From positions 1 through 64,000 of IMG/VR virus record IMGVR_UViG_3300035698_012122: a stretch of 64,000 bases of DNA; one strand, given 5' to 3'. Numbering within the stretch: the first letter of the stretch is position 1; every line of letters begins with the position of its first letter. The notes beneath the pieces are model-generated. The model ran no database searches. It had not been told where the DNA came from and saw only the letters and a list, made by a program, of their open reading frames with translations. This DNA comes from a virus. The translations under genes and the position numbers were made by a program. Shown here one piece after another: positions 58,106 to 64,000 of this stretch.

Positions 58106-60187
58106 CTAATTATCAAAACTTAATTTTGAAGTGTCGTTACTATATCTAACTACTTTTATTATGTCATCAATTGAATCTCTAATTTCTTTATTGTGTGAAA
58201 TTAGTATAATTTGTCTGTAGCCAAATGTTTTTACAAGCGTAGTTGTTATTATGGTAATCAATTTATTTAAATGAAACTCATCGAATGGTGCATCTACTTC
58301 ATCTAGGAACAACATATTTAATTTCATTTTACCTTGTTCACGTTTGATTAAATTAATAGCAATTCTAACAGCAAATGCAATTAAAGTTTTACCACCGCCA
58401 CTATCCATTTTAAATTTACGTTCTTTACCATTCTCAAGTATCTTAATTGTCATTTCTGTTTTACGTTTGTTTTGCCTTTCCATACCACAGTCTGGACAAT
58501 CGCCTCTATGGTTTTTTACAAAGTGATGACCACAGATACAAACAGGTTCTTTACCACCAATTTCTTTATCAGGTGAAAAGTTCATAGATAAATCCAATCC
58601 AGATAACTTTAGAATCATATTAACTTTATCTTGAATAGTTCCAAGTGAGTTATCAACTTCATCTGCTGGTATTCCATACTTTGAAAACATTATTGCAATA
58701 TCAGATAAATCAGCAATTACAATTCTAAGTTTAGATGCTTCTAATTCTTTTGCATCAATCTTTTCAATTGTTTCATCGTAGACAGAAATTCTATGAGTTA
58801 GAACTTTAATGTCAGCTTCTAATTCTTTTATTTTATCAGATAGTGCATCAGCTTGATTATTTCCAGTATCAATATGTTTTTGATTTTCAGCTAGAAATTC
58901 TTTTTCAGTATCAGCTAACTTATCTAATTCAGAAATACGTTTGTTAATTTCAGTTACATCAATATCACCTAATTTAGATAGTGCTGTATTGGCCTCATTT
59001 AGTTTGGTATTTATGCTAGTTGCTTCATCAGATAGTTGAACTAATCGTTTTGCATCCCTTAAATCTTGCTTAACTTCATTATACTCTTTATGTAGTTGTG
59101 TATGTTCGGCCTGATACGTTGTAATTGACCCTGTAGAGCTAATTGCATCACATTTTGAACCGAGTATAGGACATATGCCTTTTGACTCACTTATACCTTC
59201 CATAAGGCCTTTCAAACGAGACATACTAGAATCTAACGAACCTAGTTCTTCAGACAAGCTAATAATGTCTTCTCTTTTGAAGTTGCACGTTTGGAAATCT
59301 TTATTTATTTCATTTTCTATTCTTTGTAATTTATCACTGTAATTTTGAACATTAGTTTTGATTCTAGTAATTTCACGTTCATTTCTATTAGCTTCTTGAA
59401 TCTGATTTAGAACTAATTTCTTATCTGCTGTAATAGTTCTAAGCTTTTCTTCAGCACCTTTATGTTGTGCAATTACTTCATCCATACTAGATTCTATATT
59501 CTGTAATTTAGTATCAGATGCATCAGCTTCTTTATTCTTTTGATCTACTTGAATTTGTAAAGCTTCACAAGATTCTAAAGATGACTCAAAAGCACGTTTT
59601 GCTGATTCAACATCTTTCAATCTATTTCTAAATGTTGTTACATCTTTTTTAACTCTCTCAGATTTTTCTAACCAATGACTGTTATTCATCCACATCATCA
59701 TATCTTCAGATTGTTCTGCTGGTTTCTTTTTCATGAAACCTTCAATATCAGATTGCTTAAAAAATGCTGTTATTTCAAAGTCATCAGCATGAACACCAAA
59801 AGTATCTACGATAGCCTGTTTAGCGTCTTTAGATTTTTCAATCCAATCTACTTCTAACATTCCTTTATTTTTGGAATCTCTACCACGTTTTACTCTTTTA
59901 TAATCTTCACCATCATGCTCATTAACAAATAGTCCATCAATCCACATAACTTCTTCACCATCATGGATTAATTCAACTTCAGTATCAGCACGAGATTTAC
60001 CAGTTAATAGATAAGTGAATATTTCTAAGAACATACTTTTACCAGAACGGTTTGATTTACCTTTAATACCTTCATATTCCCCAACAACACACATGAGGGT
60101 TCTTAGATCAATGTCTTTTAATTTATGAGTACCTTTAAAAGGCCCAAAATTATGAACGGTTAATTCTGCTAAAATATATGACTTCAT
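58106..60187 (-). CDS. sbcC: SbcC/Rad50/gp46-like ATPase
   Basis: NRSGKS Walker A, Q-loop FKQ, coiled coil with CPIL, SGGGK signature, LFLDE, ISH. Confidence 0.92.
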   Translation of the reverse strand: MKSYILAELTVHNFGPFKGTHKLKDIDLRTLMCVVGEYEGIKGKSNRSGKSMFLEIFTYLLTGKSRADTEVELIHDGEEVMWIDGLFVNEHDGEDYKRVKRGRDSKNKGMLEVDWIEKSKDAKQAIVDTFGVHADDFEITAFFKQSDIEGFMKKKPAEQSEDMMMWMNNSHWLEKSERVKKDVTTFRNRLKDVESAKRAFESSLESCEALQIQVDQKNKEADASDTKLQNIESSMDEVIAQHKGAEEKLRTITADKKLVLNQIQEANRNEREITRIKTNVQNYSDKLQRIENEINKDFQTCNFKREDIISLSEELGSLDSSMSRLKGLMEGISESKGICPILGSKCDAISSTGSITTYQAEHTQLHKEYNEVKQDLRDAKRLVQLSDEATSINTKLNEANTALSKLGDIDVTEINKRISELDKLADTEKEFLAENQKHIDTGNNQADALSDKIKELEADIKVLTHRISVYDETIEKIDAKELEASKLRIVIADLSDIAIMFSKYGIPADEVDNSLGTIQDKVNMILKLSGLDLSMNFSPDKEIGGKEPVCICGHHFVKNHRGDCPDCGMERQNKRKTEMTIKILENGKERKFKMDSGGGKTLIAFAVRIAINLIKREQGKMKLNMLFLDEVDAPFDEFHLNKLITIITTTLVKTFGYRQIILISHNKEIRDSIDDIIKVVRYSNDTSKLSFDN

Positions 60188-60768
60188 TACATACCTTTTT
60201 CTAATTCAGTTCTTTCAGTATTTAAATCTCTGTTAAGTGCTTTTGCATCATCGTACTTATCAGGAAATCTAGCTTTTAATTTATCTTGATTATTAGACAG
60301 TGCAAGTTCTAAATCTAGGTTGTGAGATTTTGCCATTGAAATCATATGAGCGTAAATATTCATAACGTGTTGATCCACTAAAAAACCATCAATTTCTTTA
60401 CCATAAAAAGCTACCTTTTTCATCATGTCTAAAAAGTTAGATGAATCAATAACTAGTTGCTCAATACTAAATTCGACAGGTGCTAAAGAATCTAGTTTAC
60501 CAATATCTAATCCAAAATCCCTAATCGGAATGGCCAGATACCAGATAACATCAGCACCTTCTTCAGCTAGATTAACCTTATCTATTTCAAAACCGTTTCC
60601 ATTAACAACACTTAAAGCCAATGCCTTTTGAAAACATTCTGCTATTTCACCAACTTCAGTAGATACACCAATTGCACTATGAAGAAGATTAATTTTAAGA
60701 CCACTACCAATATGCAAGTTAACTGCTAGTGTTCTTTCACTTGATTTTACAAATTCTGCTAATTTCAT
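60187..60768 (-). CDS. MazG-like NTP pyrophosphohydrolase
   Basis: HSAIGVSTEVGE..EEGADVIWY..NQDKLKARFP. Confidence 0.85.
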   Translation of the reverse strand: MKLAEFVKSSERTLAVNLHIGSGLKINLLHSAIGVSTEVGEIAECFQKALALSVVNGNGFEIDKVNLAEEGADVIWYLAIPIRDFGLDIGKLDSLAPVEFSIEQLVIDSSNFLDMMKKVAFYGKEIDGFLVDQHVMNIYAHMISMAKSHNLDLELALSNNQDKLKARFPDKYDDAKALNRDLNTERTELEKGM

Positions 60769-60776
60769 ATTACCAC

Positions 60777-61988
60777 CTATAAGTATTTTAATGAGCGTTG
60801 ATATACTCTGATTAATCTTGTTTTGTCTTTTCTAATATTTCTTTTTAAATAAACTTGAACAGCATCTTTAACAGGTAATCCAAGTTTTTGCTTTGTTGAT
60901 CTAATTTTTCTAACCATTACGGTTCTAGGAATGATTGGTTTAATATGAAATGGTTTGTATTCTTTTTTAATACGTTCCATAACACCTTTCCAATCTGTTA
61001 AAGAGTTTTCAACATTGGTAGTCACATCTAATTTAACAACTGTATTTTCATCAACAGTTTCTAAAAAATCCAGTACATCATCACGTTCCATAAAAGACGT
61101 ATTATCTTCAAGCATTGAAACTTCTAATTGCTTGAACTGTAAACAATTTGTAGGGATGTAATTAAATACATGAGGCCCACCAGATATTTCAGTATTGATT
61201 TTTAAATCTAGGAAGTACTTTTCAGATTCACGTTCACCAAAACCACAATAGAATTGGCTACCAACTATATTGATGTTTCCAATTTTATCTTTTGAATGAA
61301 TATGAGCTTGAATAATTTCTGGTTCAATAAACCCAACTGGTGCATCTAACATTACTTTAGGTAAATAAACTGTAGATTTTCTAAGTAGGTTTTCTTCAGA
61401 ACCACCATGAGCACCAGATACATTTAAATGTGAAAAGACTATATGTTGTGAACCTTGTCCAACAACTTTCATAATCTGTTCTGCTTTTTTATTGATGTAT
61501 GCTTGAGTAGGAATATTTCTTCTTAGTTTACCTTCACTAACATTTCTCTGAATTAGTGCTTTAGAAATATGTGGTAGGAATGTAAAGAACAATGGGCCAG
61601 TATCAAACGTACCCATATTAATTGCTCTAATATCATCTACCAAAGTAATATTAGGGTATGCAGAACCTAACTCATGTACAAAATTCAAACATGAAACACG
61701 TTCGGGGTCTGATACTTCATCATGATTCCCAACCATTATAAATGATTTAAATCCTGTTTCTCTTAATCTATTAAGTATAAAGATAAAGAGAGTTATTAGT
61801 TTTTCATTTGGATTGTTTGAATTAAATATATCACCACCAAAAACATAGATTACTTCTTCACCAGTTTCTTTATTAACTTTAATTCCGTGGTCAATCATGT
61901 CTTCAATAATATCTAATATTTCATCATTCCGATCTATATCATCAGTTTTCAATCCTAAATGGAAATCACTTCCCCAAATAACTCTCAT
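60777..61988 (-). CDS. sbcD: SbcD/Mre11/gp47-like metallophosphoesterase nuclease
   Basis: SDFHLG, GDIF, GNHD, AHIH. Confidence 0.92.
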   Translation of the reverse strand: MRVIWGSDFHLGLKTDDIDRNDEILDIIEDMIDHGIKVNKETGEEVIYVFGGDIFNSNNPNEKLITLFIFILNRLRETGFKSFIMVGNHDEVSDPERVSCLNFVHELGSAYPNITLVDDIRAINMGTFDTGPLFFTFLPHISKALIQRNVSEGKLRRNIPTQAYINKKAEQIMKVVGQGSQHIVFSHLNVSGAHGGSEENLLRKSTVYLPKVMLDAPVGFIEPEIIQAHIHSKDKIGNINIVGSQFYCGFGERESEKYFLDLKINTEISGGPHVFNYIPTNCLQFKQLEVSMLEDNTSFMERDDVLDFLETVDENTVVKLDVTTNVENSLTDWKGVMERIKKEYKPFHIKPIIPRTVMVRKIRSTKQKLGLPVKDAVQVYLKRNIRKDKTRLIRVYQRSLKYL

Positions 61989-61996
61989 ACTATTCC

Positions 61997-63364
61997 TTAT
62001 GCTTGTACTGCATCATCATTGGTAACTACTGGACTATTCCTTTCATTTAATTCTTTATCGCTAAAGTCTTCAACTTCATAGGTTTCACCATCATCATAGC
62101 TACCCGTCCAAATTGGTTCAATTGCTTTAGGATAATCCAGAATTAGTTTAGCTAGTTCTTTGTTAGTTGATCCAAGTGCTTTATGAAAAGTAATTCTAAC
62201 TTCATCTTCACCAACTAACTTAGGTAAACAGTGTAGATACTCTGTTGTTTTACCCATTTCTTCACCAGTAAATGCATCAAACTTAGATGTTTTTCTAACT
62301 ACCATTTCGTTATCCATAAGCATTTTAGCTAGGCCAGAATACTTAGAAATTCCATGAGAGTATAAAATATCTACTACAGCTTTTTGAAATGGTTTAACAG
62401 AACGGTTTTTAATTGATTCCCATTCAGTACGCATACCAATCTTAACTTTTTTGCAGTTCTTCTTATCAGATTTAGGGCCAGTCCAAACATCTTTTGTAAT
62501 GTTACCCTTCAGCATACCTTTGAACCTTTGAGTGGCCCAATACTGCATTTTAGATTCACATAGAGATACTTTATTGTTCATGTACTTGTTAGCTACTTCA
62601 ACAATAGTAAACTGATTAATCATTATGTGAGTTGCCATATTATCTTTTAAGAATGGTACAAATGTTTCCATTTGCTCAGTCCATGCTCTATTTTTTAACT
62701 TAGATTCAAAACCTAATTGCTTCCCATCACCTCTAGCGTCTAGTGCATAGATTGTATTAATAGTTGGGAATGAATCACATACAGATAAAATAGGAATTTG
62801 TTTTTTCTTTTTTCTAATTGCAGTTATTACATTTATTTGGAATGAATAATATTCTTGGATGTTCTGAATACGACAAGTGATAAATGTACCAGCATCAATG
62901 TCTAACCCAACCATAGAAGCGTAGTTTTCATCAAACGCACCTTCACCATCATTAAGAATTACAACACCGCCCATGGCCTGACAATTTGCCATTAACTCAT
63001 AAGCTAGAAATGATTTACCACCTTGTGATTCCGCACCGAGTTCACAAAATGTACCACCAATAATTCCACCAGAGATAGTTTGAAGTGCAATGTTATTAAA
63101 TGGTATTCTATATTCGTATTTCTTCTTCTCTCTATTTGCTTTGTTAATAATATCAAATTTATATTCTTTAACACCTTTAACATCAGCTATATCATCAAAA
63201 GTAAATCCAGATTTAACCTTAGTAGCTTTTTTCTCAATTTTTCTAGTTACTTTTTTAACTGCTTTTTTAATTTCTTTAGGTGTTGATTCAACATCTAACA
63301 CTTCAGCTTTTGATCTAGTTCTAGGTTTTCTAGCTGGTTTAGTAGTCTTCTTTTTTGCGTTCAT
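61997..63364 (-). CDS. recA: RecA/UvsX-like recombinase
   Basis: AESQGGKS, DGE, CDS, INQ, KNR..PF. Confidence 0.9.
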   Translation of the reverse strand: MNAKKKTTKPARKPRTRSKAEVLDVESTPKEIKKAVKKVTRKIEKKATKVKSGFTFDDIADVKGVKEYKFDIINKANREKKKYEYRIPFNNIALQTISGGIIGGTFCELGAESQGGKSFLAYELMANCQAMGGVVILNDGEGAFDENYASMVGLDIDAGTFITCRIQNIQEYYSFQINVITAIRKKKKQIPILSVCDSFPTINTIYALDARGDGKQLGFESKLKNRAWTEQMETFVPFLKDNMATHIMINQFTIVEVANKYMNNKVSLCESKMQYWATQRFKGMLKGNITKDVWTGPKSDKKNCKKVKIGMRTEWESIKNRSVKPFQKAVVDILYSHGISKYSGLAKMLMDNEMVVRKTSKFDAFTGEEMGKTTEYLHCLPKLVGEDEVRITFHKALGSTNKELAKLILDYPKAIEPIWTGSYDDGETYEVEDFSDKELNERNSPVVTNDDAVQA

Positions 63365-63375
63365 TGTTATATCCT

Positions 63376-64000
63376 TTAGTCGAATGAATTAAAACTTCCA
63401 CTATAATCTTCATTGTAAGTGGCCTTAAAACTGAATAGAAAAGGACTAGGTTGTACTTTGAATCTACCCAACTTGTGGCCAATAACAGAAACATACAATT
63501 CTTTTTCTGGTCTTGTAATGGCAACGTACATCAATCTCTTTTCTTCTTCTCTATCTTCATTTCTATGAAACGGTGCAAGCCTAGTACAATTTCCAAGTGT
63601 GATTACTACAGGAAATTCTTTACCTTTGGATGCGTGAAATGTCATCATCTGTACATAATCACCGTCTTTTTCACCTTTTCTAACTGCTTCTTGTTCTTTA
63701 ACTCTATCCACATAATTAAAAAATTCATCTAATGTTTCAAACGAATTAACTAGATTTATGATTGCATCAAAATCCATTGTTACATCACCATCAGGTTTAT
63801 TATTATTAGATGCATCACCGTTTATAAAACTCTCATAACCAATTCCGTTTAAAACAAACTTGATTAGATCGGTAACATTAGTTTTAGTTTGGTACTTATT
63901 TATTCCAGCTACTATTTGGCCTCTTAATTCACCAAAGCACTGTTTATTTCTATAATCCATACCATCAACATTATTTAGATCATTCAACGCTTCCCAAAAT
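63376..64000 (-). CDS. UvrD/PcrA-like helicase, C-terminal part (runs off the window)
   Basis: TFHASKGKEF, EEKRLMYVAITR, PSPFL; frame open to the window end. Confidence 0.92.
   Translation of the reverse strand, partial: FWEALNDLNNVDGMDYRNKQCFGELRGQIVAGINKYQTKTNVTDLIKFVLNGIGYESFINGDASNNNKPDGDVTMDFDAIINLVNSFETLDEFFNYVDRVKEQEAVRKGEKDGDYVQMMTFHASKGKEFPVVITLGNCTRLAPFHRNEDREEEKRLMYVAITRPEKELYVSVIGHKLGRFKVQPSPFLFSFKATYNEDYSGSFNSFD

Noticed and set aside
54190-63732. Short + strand ORFs overlapping the minus-strand replication genes
   Set aside because: Antisense to motif-supported genes, no independent evidence
1-64000. CRISPR array, tRNA/rRNA genes, integrase or transposase
   Set aside because: No spaced repeats, cloverleaf-like intergenic sequence or recombinase motifs found by eye; intergenic space is minimal
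1-64000. Stop-codon reassignment
   Set aside because: The standard code gives dense, full-length genes; TAA, TAG and TGA all end genes next to a following RBS or start

Overview
The window is 64 kb of an AT-rich (roughly 30% GC by eye), lytic-looking myovirus genome with a T4-like virion module. The + strand (1-53.9 kb) begins with DNA-modification genes (Nmad1/DUF1599-like, C5 methyltransferase), the terminase subunits, two ParB-like paralogs, a permuted papain-like enzyme and an RRM protein. It continues with portal, prohead core, a protease-scaffold fusion, major capsid, neck, sheath, tube, tape measure, baseplate and a long array of fibre/receptor-binding genes. The - strand (54-64 kb) carries fragments of an NAD-dependent ligase, a cold-shock-domain protein, RuvC, SbcC/SbcD, a MazG-like protein, RecA/UvsX and the end of a UvrD-like helicase. 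The most notable signal is nine genes scattered through the head, neck and baseplate modules that share N-terminal leaders (MKLC..[IL]NE / MK[STN][IL]xEAM) resembling T4 capsid-targeting sequences; several look like protease-cleavable cargo polyproteins. Other signals are systematic codon-level avoidance of GCWGC, GGWCC and CCWGG, a candidate CsrA/Rsm-binding small RNA, twin CACUU-loop hairpins before the capsid gene, a nested scaffold start, a probable +1 frameshift in the tail chaperone, a 5+5 nested repeat protein, and one domain shared by three virion proteins. All family calls come from recalled motifs and gene order; no searches were run.
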